From a virus (Duplodnaviria; Caudoviricetes), in the IMG/VR virus record IMGVR_UViG_2744054987_000003, positions 1 through 64,000 of that record: a stretch of DNA of 64,000 nucleotides. The stretch is one strand, 5' to 3'. Made by a program: the position numbers and the translations under genes. Below are positions 1 to 9,105 of the stretch, in pieces. Every line of letters starts with the position of its first letter. The stretch's first letter is position 1. Below the pieces are notes generated by a model. The model had not been told where the DNA came from and did not search any database. It saw only the letters and a program-made list of their open reading frames with translations.

Positions 1-60
1 AAAGCATCACAGCGGCTGACCCGGCGGTGCGGCGGCGACGCCGCGCCGGCGCCGTCGATG

Positions 61-105
61 TGGTGCCCCCAGTAGGACTCGAACCTACGACCTGCGGATT
101 AAAAG
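61..105 (-). other. att core: 3' half of tRNA-Lys(UUU) (attP or prophage junction)
   Basis: Minus strand reads CTTTTAATCCGCAGGTCGTAGGTTCGAGTCCTACTGGGGGCACCA: TTT anticodon loop, T-arm and CCA. The 5' half (D-arm) is absent, and the site is adjacent to the integrase. Confidence 0.85.
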
Positions 106-177
106 AGCAAAAGACTGGGGATCTAGTTGCGGAAATATCAGAAGATACCCCCGGGCGTCCTAACCTAAACCTTAGAG

Positions 178-1077
178 TTGACTGTGACTATGACGGTGAG
201 CCCACTTACACATGATTTGATCCATGCCGTGTTAGTGAAATATCGACTGATCCAGACATGGCAACTAGTCCAAGTGTCAGCGCGTTTGTCCTCGCGCACC
301 ATCGGTGAGCGGGTCCGCGTCATATGCCAAATGGCGGCTGAGACGGGCTGCGACCCGGCCCTGATGGAACCTGTGCAAATCATGGAATGGCTTGCCAGTC
401 ACGCCGATGACTGGTCGCAGTCCACCGCCGCGACCTATCACTCGTATTTGCGGGCGTGGTTTTCCTGGCTGCAGCGAATGGATCACCGCATCGACGACCC
501 GATGGTCAAGCTGACCGCCCCGCGCTACCCCGAGCGGGTGCCACGCCCGGTGGCCGACGACGGCCTGCTGCGGCTGCTGACCATCAGAATGCACCACCGC
601 ACCCGCGTGATGATCCTGCTCGCCGCGCTGGCGGGACTGCGGGTCTCTGAGATCGCGCGTGTGCGCGGCGAGGACTTCGATTTCGGTCGCAATGTCCTCT
701 ACGTCACCGGCAAGGGCAACAAGCGCGCGGCGCTGCCGTTGCATCCCCTGGTGCGTCAGGCCGCAGAAACGATGCCGCGCCGTGGATGGTGGTTTCCGGG
801 CAACTCCCGCCGTCCCGGCCAGCACATCCTCGGTAAAGGGGTCTCCGACATCGTCGGGCAGGCGATGCGCCGCGCGGGGGTGCAGGGCACCCCGCACTCA
901 TTACGTCACTGGTACGGTACGACGCTGCTCGATGACGGGGCCGACCTGCGCACCGTGCAGACGCTGCTGCGGCACTCCTCGCTGGCCACCACCGCGATCT
1001 ACACCAAGGTGCCCGACGGTCGCCGCCAGGACGCGATCTCGCGGCTAGACCCGTTCCGTGCTGCTTCCTGCGCCTGA
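178..1077 (+). CDS. int: Tyrosine integrase (short, no evident N-terminal arm-binding domain); exact start uncertain
   Basis: GLRVSE (R), GKGNK (K), HSLRH, LLRH, IYT (Y) catalytic motifs; next to the tRNA att core. Confidence 0.92.
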   Translation: MTVTMTVSPLTHDLIHAVLVKYRLIQTWQLVQVSARLSSRTIGERVRVICQMAAETGCDPALMEPVQIMEWLASHADDWSQSTAATYHSYLRAWFSWLQRMDHRIDDPMVKLTAPRYPERVPRPVADDGLLRLLTIRMHHRTRVMILLAALAGLRVSEIARVRGEDFDFGRNVLYVTGKGNKRAALPLHPLVRQAAETMPRRGWWFPGNSRRPGQHILGKGVSDIVGQAMRRAGVQGTPHSLRHWYGTTLLDDGADLRTVQTLLRHSSLATTAIYTKVPDGRRQDAISRLDPFRAASCA

Positions 1078-1230
1078 ACCCTGTGGATGCAGCTGGGCGT
1101 AGATCCGCAGGAGATGATCGAGCCGATTGTCCCAGAACAGTTCGCGCTCAAGTTCGCCCTGCTGGCGCGCGGATCGTAGTTGAGCGAGTGCCATGGTGAT
1201 CTGACCGGTCAATGGCATCCGCTCGGCCAT
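1045..1230 (-). CDS. Hypothetical protein
   Basis: Last gene of the lysis run; convergent with int. Confidence 0.5.
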   Translation of the reverse strand: MAERMPLTGQITMALAQLRSARQQGELERELFWDNRLDHLLRIYAQLHPQGSGAGSSTERV

Positions 1231-1232
1231 GG

Positions 1233-1697
1233 CTACCCCTTGCGGAGTTTGTCGGCGATCTTGCGATCTTCGTCGATGCGAGTCTGGGCTTCGCGGTGCA
1301 GCTCCTCACGCATGTTGACCAGCTCTTTGCGGACCTCGCTGCGGAAGGCACCGAAATCTTTCCTGATGCCGCTGATGTCACCGCCGTGAGAAGTGACGAG
1401 CGCCAGCATCTCGGAGAGCTTGACGTCCATGAGTTGCACGGTGACCTGGGTGGCTTTGCAGATCCGGTTGGCTTCGTCGATGTCCTCGCGCATGTTGCTT
1501 TCGTGGGTGTTTTTGACCTGCTCGTGGACCTCATGCACGGTTTTGCCGGACTCTTTGTTCTGATTGAGAATGTTGCGGTTCTGCAACCAGATCGCACCTA
1601 ACCCGCCAGCGACCATGACGATGACCGAGATCAGGCCGATCAGGGTGGTGGGGTGGGCGATGGTTTCGGGACTCATCACGAAGGGTTCTCCGACCAA
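1233..1697 (-). CDS. Lysis-cassette membrane protein (single TM plus coiled coil, DUF2746-like)
   Basis: TM segment LIGLISVIVMVAGGLGAIW followed by EQVKNTHESNMREDID, a motif typical of the gene after holin in mycobacteriophages. Confidence 0.7.
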   Translation of the reverse strand: MVGEPFVMSPETIAHPTTLIGLISVIVMVAGGLGAIWLQNRNILNQNKESGKTVHEVHEQVKNTHESNMREDIDEANRICKATQVTVQLMDVKLSEMLALVTSHGGDISGIRKDFGAFRSEVRKELVNMREELHREAQTRIDEDRKIADKLRKG

Positions 1698-1705
1698 TAG
1701 TCCCG

Positions 1706-1933
1706 CTATTTGCCCTTGTCCTCATCGTGTTCGAGTACGTGTTCGATCTTCTCCAGGAAGCCGCATACGGCTGCGACCACCGCGAGTCCACTGGCCAGCA
1801 ATGCAGCCCAGTCGGTGGGTAGAAAACCCGAGGCGGTGTGCAGCGCGGTGGTGCCGATGGAGCCGAGTGTCGCCAGCGCGGCGACGACGGCCTGGAGCCG
1901 ATTCGCCAGAGACAGTTTGTATTTGGGGAACAT
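1706..1933 (-). CDS. Putative holin (2 TM)
   Basis: 75 aa, two hydrophobic helices, charged C-terminus, directly after lysB. Confidence 0.65.
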   Translation of the reverse strand: MFPKYKLSLANRLQAVVAALATLGSIGTTALHTASGFLPTDWAALLASGLAVVAAVCGFLEKIEHVLEHDEDKGK

Positions 1934-1961
1934 TGTCAGGCACCTTTCGCTTCTCTATCTA

Positions 1962-2858
1962 TTAGGCGGCTAGGCGTGTCAGTGCCTTCGTAGCAATTCT
2001 TTCTAGGAACCCGACAGCATCGGCGACCTGGTTGCTGTAGCCGGGGATCTCACCCAGGTAGCTGATGTGCGGCGCGGTCGGCCCACCCGGAGCGGCAACG
2101 AACTTCATGCCCTCGATGGCCGCGCCGATAGCGTCGATGGGGGCCTCGATGGCGGCGGCGGCGTCGTTCCACAGGTTGACCATGAAGGTGGTGAATCCCG
2201 AGAAGTCATGCAGTTCCAGCTCGGTGGCGGTCAGGTAGACCTTCTCCATCAAGTCACCGGTGTGGTTGTCGGGCACGCACGGATACATGTCGAGTCCGGC
2301 ATCACCGTTGGCTGGGGAGTGCACGTAGTCGGCCCAGACCACTTCGCCGTCGATGACGGGCAGCCGGGTCATCCGGGTGGGGGAGATGCCCCGGTAGGGG
2401 CCGGGGTCGGCGATGGTCGGGGCGTGGAAGCCCTTGCCACGGCTGGGGTTGCCGAAGGTGACCCCGCCTGCGAAGTTGGGTAGGAACTGTTTGAGGTCAC
2501 CGTCCATCAGCTCCATGGCCACCCGCGAGGCGGCTTCGCCGCCTTGGCTGTAGCCGTCAAGCACAAACGGGGTGTTGGGGTTGGCGCGCATCCACAGCCC
2601 GGCGTTGGTGACTGCCGTGGACACCGACTCCTGGTAGCTCGGTGAGCCGATCGGTCCCATAACGGGGCCGAAACTCCACGGTGCTTGAACAGGCACTTCG
2701 TAGCACAGCATCGGGTTGACGTACTGCGTCAGGCCGCTGACGACGTTGGAGGGATAGCCCGTGCCCGGCGCGGCCCACGTCCCGGCGAACGTGAGCACGG
2801 CAACCCGGTTGAGCCGTCGCCCGTCGAGTTTGGCGACGAACTCGGCGAAGTCAGCCAT
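1962..2858 (-). CDS. lysB: Lysin B-like cutinase/serine esterase
   Basis: GTW near the N-terminus, GYSQGG nucleophile elbow, FGNP, GI, D-x-Y, C-terminal His (PH). Confidence 0.82.
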   Translation of the reverse strand: MADFAEFVAKLDGRRLNRVAVLTFAGTWAAPGTGYPSNVVSGLTQYVNPMLCYEVPVQAPWSFGPVMGPIGSPSYQESVSTAVTNAGLWMRANPNTPFVLDGYSQGGEAASRVAMELMDGDLKQFLPNFAGGVTFGNPSRGKGFHAPTIADPGPYRGISPTRMTRLPVIDGEVVWADYVHSPANGDAGLDMYPCVPDNHTGDLMEKVYLTATELELHDFSGFTTFMVNLWNDAAAAIEAPIDAIGAAIEGMKFVAAPGGPTAPHISYLGEIPGYSNQVADAVGFLERIATKALTRLAA

Positions 2859-2862
2859 GGCG

Positions 2863-3237
2863 CTATTCCTGCGGTGCGGCTTGCGTCGGCGGCAGCGGCG
2901 GATCGGCCACGTTCAGCGCGGCACGCACGTCGGCGGGGTCGTGGCCTTCGACCAGCACGGCGAACAGCCCACCGATCATGTCGAAGACCGTCTGGTGGTG
3001 ATACCGGCTGGTCAATATCTCCGCTGTCACGGTGACGTGGTCGATGGTCGAGGGTGTCCACCACAATCCGCCGGGCAGCTTGCCGGGGTCTGCGCCCTCC
3101 GGGCGGACGACGGTGGACTGCCCGAGCGCCACCTCCCGGTAGTGGGAGACGCCGACCCAGTTCAGCGGCGGATAGTTGGGCTGGTCGGGATCGCGGCCAT
3201 CGAGTTTCCCGATCGCGGTGGCGGCAGCATCGGCCAT
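2863..3237 (-). CDS. Hypothetical protein
   Basis: ORF with GGAG RBS, in operon with lysB. Confidence 0.6.
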   Translation of the reverse strand: MADAAATAIGKLDGRDPDQPNYPPLNWVGVSHYREVALGQSTVVRPEGADPGKLPGGLWWTPSTIDHVTVTAEILTSRYHHQTVFDMIGGLFAVLVEGHDPADVRAALNVADPPLPPTQAAPQE

Positions 3238-3247
3238 GATGGGTCTC

Positions 3248-3859
3248 CTAATCCACGAACAGCAGTGAGTCGGCGAAATCGGCGCGCGGCGGGCGCACTG
3301 CGGCCAGCCGGGGACGTGGGGTGGCGCGGCCTAAGGCGGCGACTTTGCTTGTGAACGCGTCGGCGACGATCTTGGCGCGCTGGAATCCCTGGGCGGGGCC
3401 GTGGTTCATCGCGTGATGCCGGGCGCGTTCGGACAGTTCTTCGGACTCATGGACGACGTCACGGTTGGCGTGCAGGAACCGCGCGGATTCCAGTTCGATC
3501 CAGCGGGTCTCGGTCGATGACAGTGGCGTGACGGTCTTCGAGGCAGTCCGGCCGGGAGGGGAGACACCGGCCTCCCGGCCGAAGCCACCCGTCAACGCAT
3601 CTTCACGCAGCCCGCTCAAGACCGTTCGATCCGCTGACAGTTCTTCGAGGGCGGCATGGTAGTGCTGTGCACTGTCCAGCGGTGAGCGAGCCACAATCGC
3701 GGTGGCGGTGCTCGTCAGCTTGGCGCAGCGACGCAACCGGGTGTCGATCGAATCGATGGAGCCGTCGAACCAGTTGTCGGCCGTCTTGCGCCACTCGTCC
3801 ATCGCTTCGTCGAAGCCGTTGGCGGTGCGCTCGCGTCCGGGTGCTGCGCTACGGAACAT
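3248..3859 (-). CDS. Hypothetical (possibly head-associated) protein rich in R/K-x-A motifs
   Basis: ATG at 3859 follows GAGGAGG and the late-type motif; contains RSA, RTA, KTA, REA, RTA, RLA. Confidence 0.65.
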   Translation of the reverse strand: MFRSAAPGRERTANGFDEAMDEWRKTADNWFDGSIDSIDTRLRRCAKLTSTATAIVARSPLDSAQHYHAALEELSADRTVLSGLREDALTGGFGREAGVSPPGRTASKTVTPLSSTETRWIELESARFLHANRDVVHESEELSERARHHAMNHGPAQGFQRAKIVADAFTSKVAALGRATPRPRLAAVRPPRADFADSLLFVD

Positions 3860-3865
3860 GGGGTG

Positions 3866-3883
3866 CCTCCTCACCTATTGAGG
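3866..3883 (-). promoter_or_regulatory. Repeated putative late-promoter motif plus SD (CCTCAATAGGTGAGGAGG)
   Basis: One of about 10 related copies upstream of lysis/virion-type genes. Confidence 0.6.
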
Positions 3884-3900
3884 CAGGACACCCCTTGCTT

Positions 3901-4185
3901 TCAGTAGCCCATTCCGGCACTCACCCAGGCTTCGAGCTGACGCTCGCGCTCAGACCTTGGTGTGTTCTTCTTCTGTCGTTGCCGGTCGATGTCGTCGAAG
4001 ATCGCCACCATCGTGGTGTTGGCCAGCCGTCGCAGCCACTCGGGCCGGTAGCCGGGCGAGGCCGGGTCGTCGTTGAGGTGTGGTGCGGTGTCGATCGCGA
4101 ACTCGCACGCCACAGCCACGATCTGCGAGACGCCGTCACAGTCGTGAAACATCAGCGGGTTGATCACCAGCGGGTTGGGTTTCAT
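3901..4185 (-). CDS. Hypothetical protein
   Basis: ATGA overlap with the HIT gene stop. Confidence 0.55.
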   Translation of the reverse strand: MKPNPLVINPLMFHDCDGVSQIVAVACEFAIDTAPHLNDDPASPGYRPEWLRRLANTTMVAIFDDIDRQRQKKNTPRSERERQLEAWVSAGMGY

Positions 4186-4694
4186 CGGGCATCCCGTGTC
4201 GACTCGATGTCGTTGGGCGGCAGCGCGCCGTGGGTCGGACAGTGAAAGCAGCTGTCGTGATAGAACACAGTCGCATGACACCAGACACAGCGCAGTGATG
4301 GCTCCCAGTTGCGGGCGGGCGTCTCCCGACGCTGCTGCTGCGGGGTCCAGGGCAGGGGCAGCCCGTCATCGGGGCGGCGCGGCACCACATGCACGTGGGT
4401 GTGCTTCACGGTCTGCGTGGCGTGCTCGCCGACGCTGGTGATGATGTTGGCCTGCATGGCGGGATGGTCGGCCACGTACTGCGCTGCAATCTGCATGAGA
4501 TCCCGTGCGATGCCGGGGTGCTCGGCCGCGTTGTCGCTGTGCTCGGAGCTGATCACCAACACGTGGCCGTCGGTGACCGGGTTCAGCGGGTTGAGGATGG
4601 CGACCCGACACTGACCTTCGACGCGCAGGATCGTGGTGTCCTGGATGATGTCCAGGTTGTCCCAGTTGTCGGGGCAGAACACGCAGTCGGTCAT
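4182..4694 (-). CDS. HIT-family nucleotide hydrolase with C-terminal Cys cluster
   Basis: CVFC, PLNP-x-x-GHVLVI, QTVKHTHVHVVPR histidine triad. Confidence 0.9.
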   Translation of the reverse strand: MTDCVFCPDNWDNLDIIQDTTILRVEGQCRVAILNPLNPVTDGHVLVISSEHSDNAAEHPGIARDLMQIAAQYVADHPAMQANIITSVGEHATQTVKHTHVHVVPRRPDDGLPLPWTPQQQRRETPARNWEPSLRCVWCHATVFYHDSCFHCPTHGALPPNDIESTRDAR

Positions 4695-4975
4695 GTGAAC
4701 CTCGGGGCGTCCAATGCTTCACGAAGATCGTCACGTCCATCCCAATACAATGGTCGTTGAGTCAACTTGAACAAATGCGGCCCGACTATATCATTCTGGA
4801 TGGCCGCAGGACTGTAATACTGGTCGGCCACCCAATTGGGATCACAGATGATCCACACATGACAGGCTTGCTCGTAGCACGGGTATATCTTGAGAATCCG
4901 GGCACACCAAGTGTATTCGGGGCTGATGATACCGCCGACCTTCAGCTTGGCGACTGAGCGTCGCGTCCAGCTCAT
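4691..4975 (-). CDS. Hypothetical protein
   Basis: Translationally coupled ORF. Confidence 0.5.
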   Translation of the reverse strand: MSWTRRSVAKLKVGGIISPEYTWCARILKIYPCYEQACHVWIICDPNWVADQYYSPAAIQNDIVGPHLFKLTQRPLYWDGRDDLREALDAPRFT

Positions 4976-4976
4976 T

Positions 4977-5315
4977 TCACCACCCCGTGTAGCTGATCAG
5001 CAGGTCGGCAAGGACGCGCCGTCGCTTCTCGTCCAGGCCAGCGGCAAGGGCACCGGGATTGGCTGGACCGAAGTCGTGGAATCGCGCCGAGCTGTTGTAA
5101 AACGAGTACATCGCCAGCAAGAACACGCGTTCGCCCTCGGAGAGGTAGCCGACCGACTCGTTGATTTTTTCGTACTGGGGAACCAAGTCCCACTTCGAGG
5201 TGATGGTGTCGAGGTCGACACCACAATTGCTGAACCAGCTACGCCCGGCAATCTTCACGCCTTCTTTCCAGGCAGCCAGGAAATCATGCTCGTTGTAGAA
5301 CGCCGTGATGGTCAT
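4977..5315 (-). CDS. Hypothetical phage/plasmid protein
   Basis: GGAG RBS; AWKEGVKIAG...LSEGER...FYN...YTGW looks like a folded conserved domain. Confidence 0.6.
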   Translation of the reverse strand: MTITAFYNEHDFLAAWKEGVKIAGRSWFSNCGVDLDTITSKWDLVPQYEKINESVGYLSEGERVFLLAMYSFYNSSARFHDFGPANPGALAAGLDEKRRRVLADLLISYTGW

Positions 5316-5388
5316 GTCGTCTCCCATGCGGTGATTATGGAGGAGTAGGCCGAGGCGGTTCCCCATCCGCCCCAGCCACTCCGGTCTC

Positions 5389-6435
5389 CTAGACGCTGGT
5401 CAGGATCTTCCAGGCATCTTCCTTAAGGCCGCCGCCCGCCGAGGCTTGCAGCATCGTGCGAGTCGCCCGTGCGATGTCGACATCCTTGGCACCGCGCACT
5501 CCGGCGTGGTGGTCGACGTACTCGGTGACGGCCTGGAACGCGCCGAACCGGGTAGCGGCCACCGGCGTGCCAACGATCGCCGGGGACTCGACGAACAGCT
5601 TGTGGATGCTGCCCGCCTGGTTGCGGCGCTGTGTGGCTGCCGGGGAGGTGGGGTCGACCTCGTCGAGCTTGACCAGCTCTTGGCTGAACAGCTTCATGTC
5701 GTCGCCGCTGAAGGGCTGTTCGAACAGTGCACGCGCCTCGGCCTCGAAGGCGTCCTCGTACTCCCAGGTCAGCCGCAGCTGCTCACGGGCCTCCTGGACC
5801 GCGCTGCGGTAGCCCTTGGTGTGACGCACCGTGAACTTAGACTTGGCACCACGGATGGCGGCGTTGGCGGTGTTGGCGCAAACCACCCGCACGGTGGTGA
5901 TCACCCCGAACATGGCCGAGGAGCCGTCGTGGGAGTTGAACAACACCAGATACCACTCGGTGGTGTCGATCGAACCATCGAGTCCGATCAGGCTCAGGTG
6001 GCGCGGCAGCTTCATGGTGATGAACACCTTGGAGTAACTCTGCAGCGACCCGGCGGTCTCGTAGTGCGCCCCGCCTTCGTCCACGAGTGCGTCGGCGAAC
6101 TCGGTCAGTGCCTCGTTCTGGATGACGCCGTACTTCTTACCGACCACGCCGATCGGGGAGACCTGCTTGCTGACCGGGTTGTCGAAGACGGTGGCGAACT
6201 TGCCCGGCACCACGATGTGACTCGGTGCCTCGCCGTCGGCACCGGCGATGGTGGCGGTGACCGGAACCTTGCGGACGTTCCAGTTCGCCAGGAACGCGGC
6301 ATCGAGCGCCTCCTGCGCGGTCATGGCGTGACCGACCGGCGTACCGAGCTTGTGCCAGGCGTCGACCTTGCCGTTGCGCACACGACTGTCAGCGAAGCTG
6401 GCCACGCCGTCGGTGATCGAGAGCTGATGCCCCAT
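5389..6435 (-). CDS. DUF932 (phage/plasmid-like TIGR03299) protein
   Basis: AWHKLG, IQNE, ETAGSL, NSHDGS, RVVCANT, EYVDH motifs. Confidence 0.88.
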   Translation of the reverse strand: MGHQLSITDGVASFADSRVRNGKVDAWHKLGTPVGHAMTAQEALDAAFLANWNVRKVPVTATIAGADGEAPSHIVVPGKFATVFDNPVSKQVSPIGVVGKKYGVIQNEALTEFADALVDEGGAHYETAGSLQSYSKVFITMKLPRHLSLIGLDGSIDTTEWYLVLFNSHDGSSAMFGVITTVRVVCANTANAAIRGAKSKFTVRHTKGYRSAVQEAREQLRLTWEYEDAFEAEARALFEQPFSGDDMKLFSQELVKLDEVDPTSPAATQRRNQAGSIHKLFVESPAIVGTPVAATRFGAFQAVTEYVDHHAGVRGAKDVDIARATRTMLQASAGGGLKEDAWKILTSV

Positions 6436-6475
6436 CAGGTGCCTCCTCAGGCTAGACGATTGTTTGTCAGTCTCT

Positions 6476-6505
6476 AGATTAGATCAGAGTTGATCGGCTT
6501 GTCAA
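6476..6505 (-). promoter_or_regulatory. SigA-type promoter TTGACA-N18-TAATCT
   Basis: In the AT-rich gap upstream of the DUF932 gene. Confidence 0.6.
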
Positions 6506-6528
6506 GTGTTTGTATGGCTGACGTCTAG

Positions 6529-7323
6529 TCACCACATCGCCATGAACGCATCAAACAGTGCCTGCAGCGGATTGTCGATGTCGACTGTGGCGATGAAGTG
6601 CTCGGTGAACTCCGGGCCGAGCACGATGTCGTCAGCACCGGCGATCTGTTCCGGGTCCAGGCCCAAATACTCCAGATGCTGAAGGCTCGACAAGCCCGGC
6701 CAAGGAGAGCTGGCGGCATCAGCCCAGTTGTCGCCCTCGATGACGTAGCTGTCGGTCTGGTAGTAGTCGGTGGGCGTGACGACTCCGGCGGGGTTGTCGA
6801 ATCCGAACAGCCGCACCAGTTCTTCCCACAAGCCCATGAAGCCGCGATCGGGTTCGGCGGCATTGCCGATCAGCACGAAACGCAGGTAGTCCTGCGGGAT
6901 GCCTTCGTCACGGAAAGCCTGCATTGCCTCGGAAGCGATGGTGGCACTTTGGGAATAGCCGAAAATGTAGAGCGGGTCGTCGGCGCTGATCTCACCGCTA
7001 TGGTATTGGCCGAGCACCTCCTGCTCCAACAGATCCAGCCCCCGCTCGTAGCTGTCGTTGGTGTTCTGCTCAGGGGTGTAGAACGACTCCAGGTCGGTGG
7101 GGGCGTCCTCGCCGTGGAAGGCTGCAGCAGCGTCGAGGTACTTTTGCGCGGCGTCGAGGTATCCCTCACCGGGATTGGGGAAGCCGGTGGGTCCGAGCAC
7201 TAGCGCGTGCGCCGTAAGCTCAGAGTCTGTCCAGGGCAGCGACGTGCTCACGATGGCGACCGGCGGATAGAGCAAGGCCGCGACCAGCGCAACAGACAAG
7301 GGTGTCCTCATAACAATTCTCAT
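6529..7323 (-). CDS. Secreted PE-PPE-domain serine hydrolase
   Basis: Signal-like N-terminus; ALVLGPTG-x-P, YTPE, FGYSQSA, FVLIGN, D-x-WAD, HLEY. Confidence 0.82.
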   Translation of the reverse strand: MRIVMRTPLSVALVAALLYPPVAIVSTSLPWTDSELTAHALVLGPTGFPNPGEGYLDAAQKYLDAAAAFHGEDAPTDLESFYTPEQNTNDSYERGLDLLEQEVLGQYHSGEISADDPLYIFGYSQSATIASEAMQAFRDEGIPQDYLRFVLIGNAAEPDRGFMGLWEELVRLFGFDNPAGVVTPTDYYQTDSYVIEGDNWADAASSPWPGLSSLQHLEYLGLDPEQIAGADDIVLGPEFTEHFIATVDIDNPLQALFDAFMAMW

Positions 7324-7351
7324 TTCTTGGTGAAGAGGGACGGTGAAAAGG

Positions 7352-7525
7352 TCAGCGACGCCAGTCGGCGGGTAGGAAGCCGCCCATGCTCAGCCATTCG
7401 TCGAGTGCGTCGGCAGCGGTGAAAAGCCGCACGACATCATCTCGGTCGAAGTCGTCGTCATCGGATGTGTCAGCAAGCCTGCGTACCGCATCGCGCATGT
7501 CGGTGAGTGCCTGGTTCGGGTCCAT
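7352..7525 (-). CDS. Small conserved actinophage protein
   Basis: MDPNQAL...ALDEWLSMGGFLPADW. Confidence 0.6.
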   Translation of the reverse strand: MDPNQALTDMRDAVRRLADTSDDDDFDRDDVVRLFTAADALDEWLSMGGFLPADWRR

Positions 7526-7779
7526 TACTGGTCTCCGATGTGTCGACGAGCAGCGGCTTGTGCTTGCGTGACGTTGAAGTACCAACCCAACTTCACCGAC
7601 TGGACATGACCGGTGTGGTTGATGGTGAGGTCGTAACCTTCCTGCACCTGGTCGTCGGCAAGCTGATAGAGCTTGGGCAGGATCTCGAAGAACTCGATGT
7701 CGTTGATCCAGACAACCAGCGAGGAGCCTTCAAACTTCCAGTTCTGTGGGTCGAGCCGGTGAATGCTGTTGGCGCTCAT
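7525..7779 (-). CDS. Hypothetical protein
   Basis: Coupled ORF with RBS. Confidence 0.5.
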   Translation of the reverse strand: MSANSIHRLDPQNWKFEGSSLVVWINDIEFFEILPKLYQLADDQVQEGYDLTINHTGHVQSVKLGWYFNVTQAQAAARRHIGDQ

Positions 7780-8048
7780 GCGAGAACCTCCTGTACCGCA
7801 TGCGCTTTGGCGTGCAGGTTGGCGATCAAGATCGCGTCGTATTTCTTTGCCGCTGTGGCGACGTATCGGCCCTCAGCGACCTTGATCCCGTCGCACAACG
7901 TGCCTTCGGCCACGGGGAACGCCTCCAGGGGCCAGCCATGCAGATGTTTAGCCGCGACGTAGTGCCAGCCCGGTGCCTTGATAACGACTTTGTCGTCGTC
8001 TTGTTCGACGACCTGCACAACGAAATCGATGCGATACGTAGCGTTCAC
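7776..8048 (-). CDS. Hypothetical protein
   Basis: GTGA overlap, GGAGG RBS. Confidence 0.5.
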   Translation of the reverse strand: MNATYRIDFVVQVVEQDDDKVVIKAPGWHYVAAKHLHGWPLEAFPVAEGTLCDGIKVAEGRYVATAAKKYDAILIANLHAKAHAVQEVLA

Positions 8049-8443
8049 AAGACCTCCTCGGCAGGAATGAGAGATTCGACGACGGCGCACAAATCGCGCA
8101 CCAACGGCAAGTCGGTACTGGCCTCATTGCGTATCCGGCGCACCTCACGCAGTGCCCTTTCACGAGGCGAAAGTCTCTCGGACGCTTCGGGATGCGACTC
8201 GGCGTAGAGTCGGTCGAAGTGCTTCTGACAACTGACCTTGGCTTCGATCAGGTTGAATAGCACCGGGTCGTCCCATTCGACTTTGACGCGACCACCGCCG
8301 GGGACATCACGCAGAACGCGGCCCTCGGGCAGGTGCGAAATCACCCAGAACGTGCCGTGCAGATCGATGTCATAGCGACCGTGGTCCGACGTCCGGGCGC
8401 GATGTGCTCCTGGCTTCCACTGGGTCCAATGCAGGCGTGGCAT
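8045..8443 (-). CDS. Hypothetical protein
   Basis: GAGAGG RBS before ATG. Confidence 0.5.
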   Translation of the reverse strand: MPRLHWTQWKPGAHRARTSDHGRYDIDLHGTFWVISHLPEGRVLRDVPGGGRVKVEWDDPVLFNLIEAKVSCQKHFDRLYAESHPEASERLSPRERALREVRRIRNEASTDLPLVRDLCAVVESLIPAEEVL

Positions 8444-8486
8444 CGCCATCCTCTCGTCAGGTGTTATACGATCACTATACATCCAA

Positions 8487-8516
8487 TAGACAAGACGACG
8501 CAACTGGTGGTATGAT
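8487..8516 (+). promoter_or_regulatory. Promoter TAGACA-N18-TATGAT for the plus-strand operon
   Basis: Matches the recurring TAGACA-N18 class. Confidence 0.6.
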
Positions 8517-8550
8517 AAGTGTATAGCATTCAACTAATGGAGGCAGGCAC

Positions 8551-8802
8551 ATGACCGCTGTTGTCCCCGAGATCGTCTGGGCACCCGAAGTTGACCCGAA
8601 CTACCCGGTCACCCCACCCGCTGAGCCGATTGAGGTCATCACCGAAGCCGACATCGACTGGGTCGCTGAGATCGAGGCAGCCGATGAAGAGGAGTTGGAA
8701 GCGATTGCCTACTACGACGAGGTCCGCAGCTGCTGCGGCGGACGTGACCCCTGGTGCGGTCACTACCACCACTTCCCGCCCGCAATCGAGCGCGAGTACT
8801 GA
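8551..8802 (+). CDS. Acidic hypothetical protein with CC...CGH motif
   Basis: GGAGG RBS; first gene of the plus-strand operon. Confidence 0.55.
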   Translation: MTAVVPEIVWAPEVDPNYPVTPPAEPIEVITEADIDWVAEIEAADEEELEAIAYYDEVRSCCGGRDPWCGHYHHFPPAIEREY

Positions 8803-8826
8803 ATCACCACCAAAGGAAGCAGGCAC

Positions 8827-9105
8827 ATGACATCCACCGAAATGCGTACCGCGCAGGACATACTCGACATCGTCGAAAGCGAAGTCAAAGCGATGGCCGA
8901 TCGGGTCACTCGCATCGCTCGCCTTAACCAGGAAGTCCCCGGTTCGATCAGTAAGAAGATCGCCGAACGAAACCTCAACCAGCTGTGGGGTGGACGCGAA
9001 TTGGCCCTGCGGGTCTTCGGCGGCGTCGAAAACCTTCCCGAGGGACTGCTGGGCTACATCAGCCGGGCGTGGCACGTCCACGCCCTGGAGTGGGGACGCC
9101 ACTGA
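8827..9105 (+). CDS. Hypothetical protein
   Basis: AAGGAAG RBS. Confidence 0.55.
   Translation: MTSTEMRTAQDILDIVESEVKAMADRVTRIARLNQEVPGSISKKIAERNLNQLWGGRELALRVFGGVENLPEGLLGYISRAWHVHALEWGRH

Noticed and set aside
61-135. Complete tRNA-Lys gene
   Set aside because: Similarity stops at the anticodon loop (105); no D-arm or 5' acceptor strand, so it is an att core
5446-6477. Long plus-strand ORFs such as 5446-6477, 14475-15425, 22550-23863, 25644-26987 and 27567-28730
   Set aside because: Antisense shadows of well-supported minus-strand genes, expected at high GC
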